A stretch of 64,000 nt of DNA from the NCBI GenBank assembly GCA_973895155.1, contig OZ316894.1, positions 25,852,709-25,916,708 of the forward strand, read 5' to 3'. The notes under the pieces were generated by a model. It had not been told where the DNA came from, ran no database searches, and saw only the letters and a list, made by a program, of their open reading frames with translations. Each line of letters starts with the position of its first letter. The stretch's first letter is position 1. Origin of the DNA: Marsupella aquatica (taxonomy: Eukaryota; Plantae; Marchantiophyta). Shown here one piece after another: positions 14,251 to 31,639 of this stretch. The position numbers and the translations under genes were made by a program.

Positions 14251-14957
14251 CAGTATTGCCTTTTTTTTTATTTACAAAATTGTCAAGGTTTCCCTATATA
14301 GTTCCCCTCGTTACCTTAGTAAACTTGTAGTTTATATAAACACATATAAAACAATGAATGACAGTAGTGTCAATTAGAACATCTTTAGTGGCAAAGTAAA
14401 ACCATAAATGGGAAGTCCTGTGTAGTGCTACCGTTGTATATATTCATTGCAGGACAAGATAGCCCTTTCGGTCATGCCAGCGACACACTCGTTGGCTGCC
14501 TCGATATAACGAAGGTGAAGCTTATTGAACGAGCGACTCGTTGGCCGTCTCAATGTAACGAAGGTGAGGCGTTAAACAAAAAGCGGATCGATGTGACGAA
14601 GGTGAGGCTTTAAACAAGAAGTGGATCAGAAAGTCTTCGGTCTTGTCTAATGCAGTCGGGTTCCTAATTTCCCCGCTAACCATTTTGCAAGCGCTTCCGC
14701 CTTCGCACTTTATCTTAGCAAACGCGAAGCTCGTTCCATCCAGTCCCCTAGTGCTCTCGGGGCCGCCACTCGGTCACAGCCTCGGTGTGACTCCAATCAC
14801 ACTCGCTTACCCTCCATCACCCTGAAACACGTCTTCCGACCCTGCGGACAGACGGACGATCTCCAGTTTTATTCGTAGAGTGCTTGGGAACAGTGAACGT
14901 GCGGGCCGGGCGAGGAGCGCAGCAGAAAGCGTGGCGCTATGGTTAGTATTTTGTGCC

Positions 14958-17900
14958 ATGGTGTGTTATTTGGTGCTGATGTCCCCTATGCTGTCGGTGG
15001 TGCATTGTTGAGTTATCGTTGATTCTTGCTCTTGGAGGGCAGGCAGTCGATCCGGAGCTCGTTTGAAGGAATTTGCTGTTTGATCATTGTGTCTGTTGAG
15101 AGTGTTCTTATTGCGTGTCTGGATCGGTACTTACCGCGTGATCTGGACTGCATTGGCGTCTATATAGGTGGTCCTTGCGGCGTCCATCATCAGCAAGTCC
15201 GGGAAAGGTCAGATAAGGCTTTCACTCATGTGGATTGGTCTCAATTGCTTGTGTTTCTTAACTTTGGCATCTCGTGGCCTTGGAGTCCAACTGATCGAGA
15301 TGTACAAGTCATCAAGATGTTTCGGTGGCGATTAACTGGCTGATTGGCATTGACGAGAATTAGGTCCAACGGGCTACTGTGTACGCGATCTCCTTTCGCA
15401 TCATCTCCGGTGGTCGTTTACAAACCTTTCATTGCCAGAAAGGAAAGTAGATCTACTTTACGGTATTGGCGAGCCAGATCCAGGGGCACGGCGATGCATT
15501 GTCCCGTTCCCCAATTACCCCGGGCTGGAGTACTGATGTCTGAAGTGCCTCGTTTGTCGCGATTGTGCAGCTCTTGTTTCCCGGCAGTTCGTGGACATGT
15601 CCAGGATACGAATCGAGGGGCTTCTAGCAGCATTTCCAAAGCTCGTCGGCAGTGGTAAACAACATACCTATGTGGAGACAGAGAACGTCCGATATGTGTA
15701 TCAACCAATGGAGGCGTTGTATCTTCTCCTGGTCACGAACAAGCAGAGCAACATTCTCGAAGATCTTGATACCCTTCGTCTGCTGTCAAAGCTTGTATCC
15801 TTGCACAATTTCAACCGTTTTAGCACTATTTGCTTGACAGCACCATTGTTTTCTCGAAGCATTTTACATCTTCTGAATTAGCCTACTGGTGTCCTTGTAG
15901 TGGCCCGAACGTTGACAAACGTCAGATGTCCCTATTTCGTGCCAAGGCAGTTTGAACCTCAATTGCATCGTAGGTACCTGAATATTGTCCTGGTCTCGAT
16001 GAGGAGGGAATTTGCAGAACAGCGTTTGAGATGATATTTGCATTCGACGAGGTCATCTCGCTTGGGCACAAGGAGAACATCACAATGGCGCAAGTGAAGC
16101 AATATACTGAAATGGAGAGCCACGAGGAGAGGCTTCACAACCTTATCATTCAAAGCAAAATTAACGATACTAAAGATATCATGAAGCGTAAGGCTAACGA
16201 GATCGACAAGAGTAAGGTGAGGATACTTTGCAGTCGTTCATTCTGTCAAGTAGCATTCTATCCATGATGTATCTTTCTGAACTCAATGCGGGCACTACAT
16301 TTGTAACAGGTCGACAAAAGCAGGATTTCTGGAAGCGGCAGAGGCGGATTTGTTCCCGGCCCCGGATTGGGAGGGTCCGGTAGATATGAGAATGGGTTTA
16401 GTGACATCAATGCCTCTGGAGGCGGCGGTTTTGGTAACCATTCGAGCTTTGGGAGTTTGGATAATGACTTCACCACGAAAGTCAAAGGTATGTTAATTAA
16501 CTTAGCTGAAATATGTGTGGAATTTCTCTGTGAAGGTTGTTGGAGGTTATGTGATTTTTCGTCATACCTATTGTAAGCAGCTGGGAAATAGCTTTCCATT
16601 TTCTCTTTCTACCACAACCTCTAACTGATATTTCCTACCTTCCTCGCTTCTTACAGCGAGGCCCGCTACCACAGTTGGAGCACCTTCCAAAGGCCTTGGC
16701 ATGCAGCTGGGCAAGTCACAAAAGACAAATCAGTTTTTGGAGCTGTTGAAACAAGAGGGAGAAGTCCTCGTAGATGATGTGCCAGTGTCTCTGCCGGGTC
16801 CATTGAAAGCAGCAGCAGGACCGACTGACCCTGTGGCAATATCAATCCAAGAGAAGCTCAGTGTGATTATAAAGATGGATGGTGGGGTTGAATCTCTCGA
16901 GGTGGTGGGTGAGATGGCTGTAGTGGTACAGAAAGTAGAAGATGCATACATCCGAATTCAGGTAAATCCTTTCTACTCTCATGCATTATCGTTCTTTGGC
17001 AAACTTTTCCCCATCTGTATTTTTTGTAGGAGTGATGGACGAGCTGTAATAATGTACTAGTCTTGTCTTTGTAAATGAAGTTGAATTGGTTTTTTTTCAT
17101 GGCTGTGGATGTAACCAATTTGGTTTGTTGTTACAACGTCTTATTCTTATTTCTGTTGTCTTTGTTGGCGCTCTGCTAATGACTTATTATGAGTGATCTT
17201 GCAGCTTCTAGAGGTGTTGCAAGTGCGTTGTATGCCTTCTGCTTTGGAATCGTAACCGAAAGGACACTCCCTTTGTTATGTTGTAGTTTGAGCAAGGTGC
17301 CAACAAGGACTTCATTTTCAAACAACATCCTACTATTGACAAGGATCTTTGGAACAAAGAGAGCACACTAGGCATGAGGGATCCATCGAAGCCTTTCACA
17401 AGTGGTGGGAGCCTAAAATGGCGTCTGCAAAGCAAACAAGAGTCCTTGGTACCTCTGATGAGTAAGATTTTAGATCTGTTGTCCCTTCGTCATTTCTTAC
17501 TGTTGATTGCATCAGCAACGGAACAGCTTGGATCCCTGATCTTCATTGAACAGATTCAGTCGTTTGAAGTCGTATGTCCGGACTGGACTTGTATTAGTTA
17601 GAGACTAGTTCAGCCACGAACTCTTCTGTTAGCAATTGTCGAGAACTTGCTTCTGCTAGCATTAGGACCTTCCCAGGACGGTCTCTCGTAACACCTTGGA
17701 TCGGAGAGGCCGAGGGGTCAGGATCTTTGTGATGCACTGCTGAGTCCCACCAAGACGAATTCTTGAGCGGTTTTTATCGTCTTACTATCTATGCTGAAGG
17801 ATGTGTATTTACGCTTATGTGCAGTCAACTGCTGGCCATCTGTTTCCGGTGGAGAGTCTGTTGTAAATATTGAGTACGAAGCGACAAAGACATTTGATTT

Positions 17901-18814
17901 GCAAAACGTGGTAATTCAAATACCTTTGCCCGCTCTTCGCGATGCTCCGATAGTGAATCAAGTGGATGGTGAATCAAGGTACGGTAATCATTCCTTTTAG
18001 GCAATGGGTTTTTGCAGTGTAATCGAGATCCGTTTCCGAGGATCCTTGATCTGAATCTGCACAATGCTTTAGTAATGACATGAACTCTGTGCAGAAGTGT
18101 TCTGATCTGTTAACTTTCTTTTGTGGCTTTTTACTTTGGTGATTAGATATGACTCGAGAAAATCAGTCCTGGAGTGGTCAATTGATCTCATCGACAAGAC
18201 CAACCGCAGGCAAGTTCAGACAACACAAATGTTTGATCTTATTTTCGGATTAAAGTGTTGTTGGCAAAGGAAATCTTATGGTCTTCCCTTGTGGGAGAGT
18301 GCCGAGGGATTTCAATACCTGATACTGAACCCTTGTGCAACGATCCATTTTCTTGCAGTGGTTCTCTGGAATTTGTCGTCCCTGCAGCTGACCCCTCTTC
18401 ATTTTTTCCCATTGATGTAAACTTCTCCGCCTCATCAACTTTTGTTGATTTGAAGGTAAGGCGACGCTGATATCTGCTAGATTGAGATTTCTTTGAGTTT
18501 GGGATTTCTAAAATTGGTTAGCGTTCCCTTCATCCTTTTTCCTGTGAGACATGTTGATGAAGTCGGTTATCAGATTTCTAAGGCCCTCCGATTCATTGGT
18601 TCCATGATGTTGTGTGAACTCGTTACACATCCAAGAGACTTGATATGTGTGTGTGTGTGCGTGTCTGTACAAGCAAGAATAAATGCACCTTTTATAACAA
18701 TGATCGGAAATGGTGTTGCATCAGGTTGCAACTGTGAACTCAACACAGGGAGGTAATAACGTAAAGTTTGGCGGTCGGACGCAATTGGTTGTTGACCGCT
18801 ATCAAGTTGTGTAG
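14958..18814 (+). CDS. delta-COP: Coatomer subunit delta (delta-COP / ARCN1 ortholog), copy 1, 11 coding exons, ~523 aa
   Basis: Exons 14958-14960 (ATG only), 15168-15207, 15571-15794, 15974-16216, 16310-16487, 16657-16961, 17287-17461, 17825-17978, 18147-18209, 18359-18455, 18725-18814. Protein reads [40 protein letters not shown]...SNILEDL...FAFDE...NCWPS...SGSLEF...[12 protein letters not shown]. Confidence 0.95.
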
Positions 18815-20841
18815 AAACTTCCGAGGATGCAATCGGTTGTTGTGACCGCGATGAAGCTGTGTAGAAGCCTCCGAGGATGAAGCAGCTGAGGGGATTGAAG
18901 GGAGTGGATGCACCCTTGTCCAGGCATGAGTCAAGGCTATGTTAATTTCAGAGAAAGGAAAAAAGTAGAATACAAGTCCAATTGGGCTTGAGGCGGCACA
19001 TACTTGTTCCCTCGCTATTTTGGTACTTCCAGGTGATGGATGTATTTATGCACAATTGAGGAAGTAGCAGAGGCTTCGGTCATGATGAAAGAGGCTTCGG
19101 TCACGATGAAGGGTACATGTGTGGATGAGCTGATGAGCACGAGTGCTGTGCTTCGGTTTGCCTGGTTGGAGTAGGTCGTTCAGCCAGTTGCGGTAGTAAT
19201 AGCTCACCTAGAGCGAAAGCGAGAACTCCATCTTGTACAATCACAGCTGGACTATAATCAGCATGGAAGTTCCCCCATTCGAGATAGCAACCACGAACGA
19301 TGAATTCCAGGGCCGAATTAAGGTACCCCTACAAACCCGTCACAACCCAGGGTAGAGTACCTACAAAGTGATGAGCGAAACCCCATTACCCAAGGCAGTC
19401 ACGTTCATGAAATTCTTTTACTTATTTCGAATTCACTACTACCTCAAACTCCTGGAGAGCAGACTGTCTTTTGTTGTCAATTTTAGCAAAAATCTATGAT
19501 GAAGTGCGAAGAGTTAGGTTTTGATCCATGACTGAAAAGGCTTCCGAGTCTGAAATGCCGTACTCACTGGAGTGATGACGAAAATGCGCTGAATTCAGGT
19601 CTCCGAATTTGCACGGTACTTGATGTGCATTAGTGAAGAGAACTGGAGTTAAACATTGGCTGCAGACTTGGACGACATGGTAGGGCCAGGTGGATTTGAA
19701 AACACTGGCCATCATTAGTACGTAAAGAGATTACCATCCTGCCAATAATATCGTGGAGACATGTCTCACATTCCAAGAGGACCCTAGCCACAAGCTTGAT
19801 GATCTTTGTTCCAAATTGTAAGTTTTTTTAAGAGGAATTTGGTCCCAAATTGTAAGTGCTTGAAAACGTTTTTACTTGGTCAAGGCAGCTGTTGGGCACT
19901 TCCTCAGACGAATGTGTGTGCAAGCAACATAGATACTGTGACAGGCGGACATACCCCACGGCCTGAACAGTTAAAACTGGATGTTTCAACCTTAGACAAA
20001 GGACACTACGGTTCTCAATCAGTTTGGTAGTAGTTGATTTGGCAAGTCTTCTTGGGGATGTATATGTACTTGGGGGCAAAGCTGAGTATTATAAGTCGCC
20101 ACAAGTACTGTCAATCCACATCCAGAACATATCACACGATCATACTGATGCCAAGATATGTGGTTCACCCCTATCAGGCTTTGACTGCAACCGATTATAC
20201 TAACGCCAAGATATGTGGTTCATACCTTGTACGAGCCTGTCAAGCTCAGTCACCAACAAACTGAAGATACATATTCCCCAAAAAGGATGGTGGTCCCACA
20301 ATATGAGTGTCATTGAGTGATGTAAACAAGCACCTAGGGAAAGCAGTTTGTAAATTGTGGATGACATGGAAATGAGCCATGACAAATCTAGCCCCACCTA
20401 CAGGGTCACCTTGTCAGGTGCCAAACTCAGGCACAGTGTCTGTGTAAGAACTTGAGATGATCAACTTAGAACAACAAGGACTAGAGTCCCAAAAGGCATG
20501 CTCAGAAGGAAGGAAAGGCAAGCTAGTGCCCCCTTGGCATCACAAAGCTCCTAAAAAGGATCTGCCTAGAAACAGTGTTAAAGCTATTGGCTATATCTAA
20601 CTAGATAACCGCCAATCTGGGTGGAGATCCATGATGGAACAAAGACCATGCACAACACTCTGTCACAATCGCTCAATGTTTACTTCCCAAATTTGCACAC
20701 TTTGCAAGAAAGTTCCCATATTTTAGATTGAGGGTAGAGATTAGCTTGCTGCTGTGCACCGACCCAGTCCTTGAGTTTGGAAGCGATCATTTGTCATGTA
20801 ACCTCCTCCAAACTAGTGAGCAACAAAGTAGGATGCAAACG

Positions 20842-21700
20842 TGTTAGGTATTTACTTTTAGGTCTAAAGTTATGACTCTAATGGTAGTTAAGGTTCATCG
20901 TTGTTGTAGACTTGGTTAGTTGCACACTAAATACCCAAACAATGAGTTACAGAGCCAATTGAGACATAGAAAAAACTTGCAAAACAAAGACTTGTATGAC
21001 TAATGGGCCCAAAGTGCAATAAAACTATTGTGTATTTCGGGGAATGTAGCCTCAATTGAGGCAAATCACATATCTCTCTATGTCACCTATATGTTTCTTG
21101 GATGGTCAAGGTTGTTGTGAATGTTATTAACAGTTGGTATCAAAGCATGCATGGGAGGTGACTAAAGTTTTTTTGTGATGGTTTTTCTAGCGTTAAGTGT
21201 TGGTGGTTTGTTTGGAGTTCCATTGCATGGGACTCAAATGTTATGACTCAGCGGATTAATATATGTGGTGCATAGGAATTAGCGTTAGTATCATTCTAGA
21301 TTTTTTGGTGAAAGCAATTTTTATGTTGACCATTTTTTGAGTGAGGGACCAAATTTTTTTTGTCAAAGTTGTGAACTTTGCAGTGCACGAGGAGTTACAT
21401 GGTATAATCCCGCTTATAGCTCAAGATAAACTGGTCGTTTAGGTGGCAAGTTTGTTGTCCAGTGTGAAATGAGGCTAAATGAGTGTGACCTGACAAGTGA
21501 AAAAAGAGTTCTGATATTTTTGATAAGGTATGATGTTTGTTTTTCCCTAATCCTTACTTATCAACATCATATTTGATTTGGAGGAAGGAACACAAAGTGC
21601 CACGACTCAAGAGAAAGATTGCAGAAAGACAATCATTTCAAGCAAGATTCTGAGTCTATGATTCACACTTGACATGGAGCACATGAGTCACAATAGAAGT
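20842..21700 (+). mobile_element. Degraded Ty1/Copia relic (5' LTR, PBS and leader) in the palindrome spacer
   Basis: tgttaggtatttact...ttaaca (~20842-21132) resembles the LTR at 46715. It is followed by the PBS-like tggtatcaaagc at ~21135 and a leader similar to 47150-47500. Confidence 0.7.
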
Positions 21701-21748
21701 TTTTCCTTTCTTTGTTGGAGTGATCCGGGGTAGTCATTTCTTTTCTCC

Positions 21749-21988
21749 CGACCCATTGTGCACAAATAAGTTAACGGTTTTCAATTCAATTAGGCAGAAA
21801 ACGTTCAATTTTTGTTGAAATATATGAACCATGGAACTATGATAAAATACACATATTTTGTTCAAAGTCGACCCATTGTGCACAAATAAGTTAACCGTTT
21901 TCAATTCAATTAGGCAGAAAACTTTCAATTTTTGTTGAAATATATGAACCATGGAACTATGATAAAATACACATATTGTGTTCATAGT
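21749..21988. repeat. 120-bp tandem duplication at the inner edge of the palindrome spacer
   Basis: cgacccattgtgcacaaataagttaac...aaaatacacatatt begins at 21749 and again at 21869. Confidence 0.9.
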
Positions 21989-23369
21989 TGAGTTCTTGTC
22001 GCACTTGTCAACAAAGCATTAGATAGGTGAACCACATATTTTAGTGTCATTATAATCATGTGATATGTGCCGGATGTGGATTGACAATACTTCTGCCAAC
22101 TTATAATACTCAGCTTTGCATGCAAGGCACATGCATTTTGGAACGAGACTTGCCAAATCAGCTACTGCCAAACTGATAGAGAACCAGTGTCCTTGTGTGT
22201 CTAGGCTTGACACATCCAGTTTTAACTGATGGCATTATCTGTTGGCTGGGTATGTGCGCCTGTCACAGTATCTAGCTCACACATTTATATGAGGAAATCT
22301 CCAACAGCTGCCATGACGAAGTCAAAATGTTTCTAAGCACTTACAATTTGATCCTCTTCAAAGAACTTAAAATTTGGAACAAAGATCATCAAGCTTGTGG
22401 CTAGGGTCCTTGTGGATTGTGAGACATGTCTCCAGCACATTATTGGCAGGATGGTAATCTCTTTACGTACTAATAATGGCCAGTGTCTTCCTAAAGCATG
22501 TCGTCCAAGTCTGCCAATCTTTAACTGCAGTTATAGTTCTCTTCACTAGTGCATACCGTGCAAACTCGGAGACCTGAATTCAGCGCATTATCGTCATCAC
22601 TTCAGTGAGTCCGGCATTTCAGACTCAGAAGCCTTTTCAGTCATGGATCAAATTCTTCGCATTTCATCAGAGATTTTTACTAAAATTGACAACAAATGAC
22701 AAAGTTTATTTTCGAGGAGTTTGCGGTAGTGGTTCACTAAATTCGAAATAAGTGCCACTGTAAGAGAATTCCATGAACTTTGACTGCCTTGGGTTACGGG
22801 ATTTCGCTCATCACTTTGTACGTACTGTAGCCTGGGTTGTGACGGGATCGTAGGTGTACCTTAATTCGGCCCTGGAATTCATCGTTCGTGGTTGCTCTCT
22901 CGAATGGGGGACCTTTCATGCTGATTATAGTCTACAGTTGTCACTGTACAAGATGGAGTTCTCGCTTTCGCCCTAGGTGAGCTATTACTACCGCAGCTGG
23001 CTGAAAGACCTACTGCCACCAGGCACACCGAAGCACAGCACTCGTGCTCATCAGCTCATCCACAGATGAACCCTTCATCGTGACCGAAGCCTCTTTCATC
23101 ATGACCGAAGCCTCTGCTACTTCCTCAATTGTGCATAAATACATCCATCACCTGGAAGTACCAAAATAGCGAGGGAACAAGTATGTGGCGCCTCAAGCCC
23201 AATTGGACTTGTATTCTACTTTTTTCCTTTCTCTGAAATCAACGTAGCCTTGACTCATGCCTGGACAAGGGTGCATCCACTCACTTCAATCCCCTCTGCT
23301 GCTTCATCCTCGGAGGCTTCTACACAGCTTCATCGCGGTCACAACAACCGACTGCATCCTCGGAAGTTT

Positions 23370-27214
<3,845 letters not shown>

Positions 27215-27923
27215 GGCACAAAATACAATGCGAAGTTTAGCACAAAATACTAACCATAGCGCCACGCTTTCTGTTGCGCACCCCGCCCCGCCCGCACGCT
27301 CACCGTTCCCAAGCAATCTACGAAAAAAACTCGAGCTCGTCCGTCTGTCCGCGCGGTCGGAAGACCTGTTCCAGGCTGATGGAGGGTAAGCGAGTGTGAT
27401 TGGAGTCACTCCGAGGCTGTGACCGAGTAGCGGCTCCCGAGAGCACTAGGGGACTGGATGGAACGAGCTTCGCGGTTGCTAAGGTAAAGTGCGAAGGCGG
27501 AAGCGCTTGCAAAATGGTTAGCGGGCAAATTGGGAACCCGACTGCATCAGACAAGACCGAAGACTTTTCTGATACGCTTCTTGTGTAAAGCCTCCTCACC
27601 TTCGTTATATCGAGACGGCAAAAGGAGTCTCTCGTTGAATAAAGCCTCACCTTCGTTACATCGAGACGGCCAACGTGTCTCTCGCTGGCATGACCCATAT
27701 ATATAGATCACAGTGCCCAAGGGCAAAAAATTTCTAACCTGGAGTCAGTATTTCAATTTCAAAGAATGAAGGAGAGGAAAAGAGGGAGAGAGTATCCCAA
27801 TGGCAAAGAATGAAGGGGAGGAAAAGAGGGGGAAGGGCCCCTAGAAAAAGAAGCCAAGGGGTCCCAACCCAAGAGCCAATGAAGGAATAAAGACAAAAAA
27901 GTAACCTACAAAGGAGCAGTGAA

Positions 27924-28040
27924 GGCTAACACCGTATTGAATGTAGAAGTGAAAATTCTGGTAAAGCTCCAGAGTCAACCGTGGCTAACACCCTATTGAA
28001 CGTAGAAGTGAAAAGTCTGGTAAAGCTCCAGAGTAAACCG
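27924..28040. repeat. 60-bp tandem duplication
   Basis: ggctaacacc(g/c)tattgaa(t/c)gtagaagtgaaaa(t/g)tctggtaaagctccagagt occurs twice. Confidence 0.85.
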
Positions 28041-28366
28041 CATATGAGAGTCACAAAACGGAACCTGCCGGGAGGCCCAAAGGACTTCTGTGTCCTGCGA
28101 TCACCATATAGAGCAATCTCACTACACATGACTTCCACATTTATGATTTTATAACCTTTGCACAAATATGCATGTAAACTCTACCTTCATCGTTCCCTCC
28201 TCTGGATGCTCATTTTATATATGGTTTCTATCCATCTATCTATATATAAATTAGTTGTGTACCCTTTAGCTACATTGATTAGGGTTTATTTGAGTAAAAA
28301 TAATGTATGTAAAATTAGCAGATTAACTTGAGCCATCCCCCACAATTGCACATCATGTAGCTTACA

Positions 28367-28710
28367 TGTTGAGCATAGACGACATTCGTAACGGCAAGCC
28401 CATGAACCATCCAACGCACAATAGTCGACACAAATAGATACGTGATTCACCTCCACATGAGGCTACGTCCACGGGAACACACAAGAGCTTTACTGCACTC
28501 TAGGCCGACCGGCCATACCAAGCATCCACAACACAAGCTCTCCCTATCTCTCAACTAGCTCCGTAACAATGAGCCTAAGTTTCACCTGGGTCTGGCATCA
28601 GCCCTAGCTATATGCATAACAGCACTACCGCTAACATTAGCTAAGTCCTAACCCGAGTTAACCTAACTGTAGTTAGCTCATGAGTCACAAGACTAGAGCA
28701 GTATCTAACA
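28367..28710 (-). mobile_element. Solo LTR (344 bp, Copia family related to the 46715 element), TSD TTACA
   Basis: TG...CA termini, flanked by ttaca at 28362-28366 and 28711-28715. The reverse complement shares the block gtgttcccgtggacgtagcctca...gtcgactattgtgcgttggatggttcatgggcttgccgtt with the 46715 LTR. Confidence 0.9.
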
Positions 28711-29338
28711 TTACAGACCCGACCCAACCCTTATTCTTCAAATTATTCTTACTCTGCTCTTCTGATTAGAGAAGTAGAATCCTTCATAATTGAATGTGGA
28801 ATATTTCATTCAGTTGAGCTAACTGATGAAATGGATTGAGTCGGGTAGTAAGCTGTCAGCCCTTTCTTGGTCCCCACATTAGCTGTTATTGCTTCTACAC
28901 CTGCTTGCATGGTCACCCCAATCACTAAGTGCAGGTCACCATGAAAGGAATGTACTCACCGCACTGACTTGAGGGGACTCAAGTGCAACCAGCTGAAGTT
29001 TCAAAAACTTTGACAGAGCTTAACCTGGACGGAACTTAGATCCAATCGTGAAGAAACATGTGGCACAGTTACTGTTAACCCAAGTAAGCGAAGAGCAAAA
29101 GTGTAGCATATTTGCAAATACGAGAAAAGTAGTGACAATATTAAACTTATCCTTAAACCTCATCCACCGTTCATAGCCACTTCTATTACATTCCTCCAAC
29201 AAATTTTGAGACTTGTGCTATCCGTAAACCATCATAAAGACAACCAAATTTACTGCACGTGGTTAACCGCATCCACAGACAAGTCCACAGGGAAACACTT
29301 GTACGAGCTCCTCTTCATGAATATTCTCATGTTCATTG

Positions 29339-30023
29339 TGTTAGGGTTAACTTTAGTCTTGCTTCTAGTTATCTATGTTGAGCAAAGACGACATTCGCAA
29401 CGGCAAGCCCATGAACCATCCAACGCACAATAGTCGACACAAAGAGATACGTGGTTCACCTCCACATGAGGCTACGTCCACGGGAACACACAAGAACTTT
29501 ACTGCACTCTAGGCCGACCGGCCATACCAAGCATCCACAGCACAAGCTCTCCCTATCTCTCAACTAGCTCCGTAACAATGAGCCTAAGTTCCACCAGGGT
29601 CTGGCATCAGCCCTGGCTATATACACAACAACACTACCGCTAACATTAGCTAAGTCCTAACCCGAGTTAGACTAACTGTGGTTAGCTCATCAGTCACAAG
29701 ACTAGAGCAATATCTAACAATCTAGACTAAACCATCATTAGAGTGTTGATGATGATTAGTCTCGACTCTTGCATATTGCATATAGAGAGGCTAGGGAGAA
29801 CTCTTCTTGGAAGCTCATGCTCATTGTTGAAGGGGCTAGCTAGGTGCTAGGAGAAAATCTCTACAAGAAATTTTTGTGTGACCATGGTGGCCAAAACTTA
29901 GTAAAGCTCTTGTGTGTTCTTGTGAATGTAACCTCGGTGCAAATGAATTATTTATCTCTTGGTGTTAGTGTGTGCATGTTTGCTTATTGTTCTCATGGTT
30001 GTGTGGTGCCAGATTACCCAACA
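29339..30023 (+). mobile_element. Older degenerate LTR interrupted by the solo LTR at 29376-29719
   Basis: tgttaggg start, ...cccaaca end, and an internal block agtaaagctcttgtgtgttcttgtgaatgtaacctc resembling this LTR family. No clean TSD. Confidence 0.5.
29376..29719 (-). mobile_element. Solo LTR (344 bp, same subfamily as 28367-28710), TSD ATCTA
   Basis: TG...CA termini, flanked by atcta at 29371-29375 and 29720-29724. Highly similar to 28367-28710. Confidence 0.9.
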
Positions 30024-31639
30024 TTATCAAGACATGACAGTTATTTAATAAAAACACAAAAATACATACTACTTTAATTGCATACAAGAATTTGTGTTAA
30101 CCTGTGGTACTAACCTGCGATTACACTTTGCAAAAATTTCACACAAAAAATTGGTCAATTTTGGTTGGGAAAAATATTTGGTATGTCTTTGAATTCTTTG
30201 AAAATTTGTGTGCAGTAGTTTTTTGTTTGGTGCATAATTTTCCACTTAATAGGCATGACTAGTCCATGGTTAGGCTAGTATACAGATAGGTCTGTTGTTA
30301 TTTTTATTTCTGTCATCTTTAGTGGCAACCTATGTAAAAGCTGATTTTAGATTTGATTATTCTGAATCCTTGCCTTCATATATTCAAGGGTTTTTAATTG
30401 CCCATTGCGAGTTTAACTCATCGTTCTTAGCTTCTTAGCTCATCACATGCATTTAGTTGCATTTGTGCGGTCTTACTTCAAGAACTTGTTCGGATTGCCC
30501 AGTGCAGGTACGAAGAGGTCTCGACATGTCCTACTGTGCTCCGTTTTTTGCCATTGTTTATGCTCTCGCTTCTGCCCTCGGCTGTGCTCATTTTTGGCCT
30601 CGGCTGTGCGCTAGATTCTCTAGGGATTTCGGTGCTCATTGTGGGTCAAACTTTTTCGTCTCTGGGAATTAACAAAATCAACAAGCCTTTGGCACCATTG
30701 GAATTGCACTGACTCAGCAGCGACAGGGCTAGATTTCTGACGAAGACGAGCTGTAGAGGAGTTCTGTAGTGCTGTAGCATTCCCAATGTGTAGTCTAGAA
30801 TCTCGAAGGCTGAAAGGTGAAGCAATGGAAATAAATCTTGTTGCAATGTGTGCTGATATTCTGTTTTGTTGAATTAGTTTACTGCATTTGTGGCCATCGA
30901 TGGTCAACCGGTGTCATTTAGGACTGCCAAATTTCATTCATTCGCACACTCATTCATTTTGTTCATTCTAGTATTTGGTGTGGGCTATCGCTGCTGTCGT
31001 ACTACTGACAAAGATTGTTACTCTAGTTCCTGACAAATATTCAACTCGTGTTGTTACCTTTGACATGCATGTGTCAGTTAGAGCAATCCACTTTAACATT
31101 GTCTTGCTAGGACTAAGAAACATCTCAAATTCACAGTCCCGTTTGTAAGTAATGCAGGCGTAATCCAATCCGTTTTCCGTATGAAGTTTATTTGCTTTTG
31201 CCGCTAGATGCAATGTACAAATCTGTCTGCGTCTTTGTTCGTCGTCTGATCTGTGGTTCTGCCTCTCAACTCTCCTCTCTGTGGTTACCTCTCCGATCCC
31301 CTGTGCAGTCAGCTCAACCAATCCTTAATGATTCACGGCGAAATGGATGGGCAGCCACTTCCGTCGAAGCAACTCCTCCATTTCAATTGCCACAATCATG
31401 TAGAGATCAGCAAGGGGAATCCCTGAGCTTTCAGCGTCAACGAGGGAATGTGAATAGTTCAATATGCCAAACCCCTACAACGACCGTTAAGAGAAAGGAG
31501 GAATCCTTGCCAACCCTATACATCGAGAGAATCAACAAGGCAAATTCAGAAGTTCTCAGGGTCTAGCAACCTAACGTGAAAGCCCCTTCATATGGATTGA
31601 ATTCAAGTAAACGTAATTATTCTAACACGAGGGAGAGAA

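Noticed and set aside
28367-29719. TRIM / non-autonomous LTR element (two LTRs around a short interior)
   Set aside because: Each LTR has its own different TSD (TTACA vs ATCTA), there is no shared outer TSD, and I see no PBS/PPT between them.
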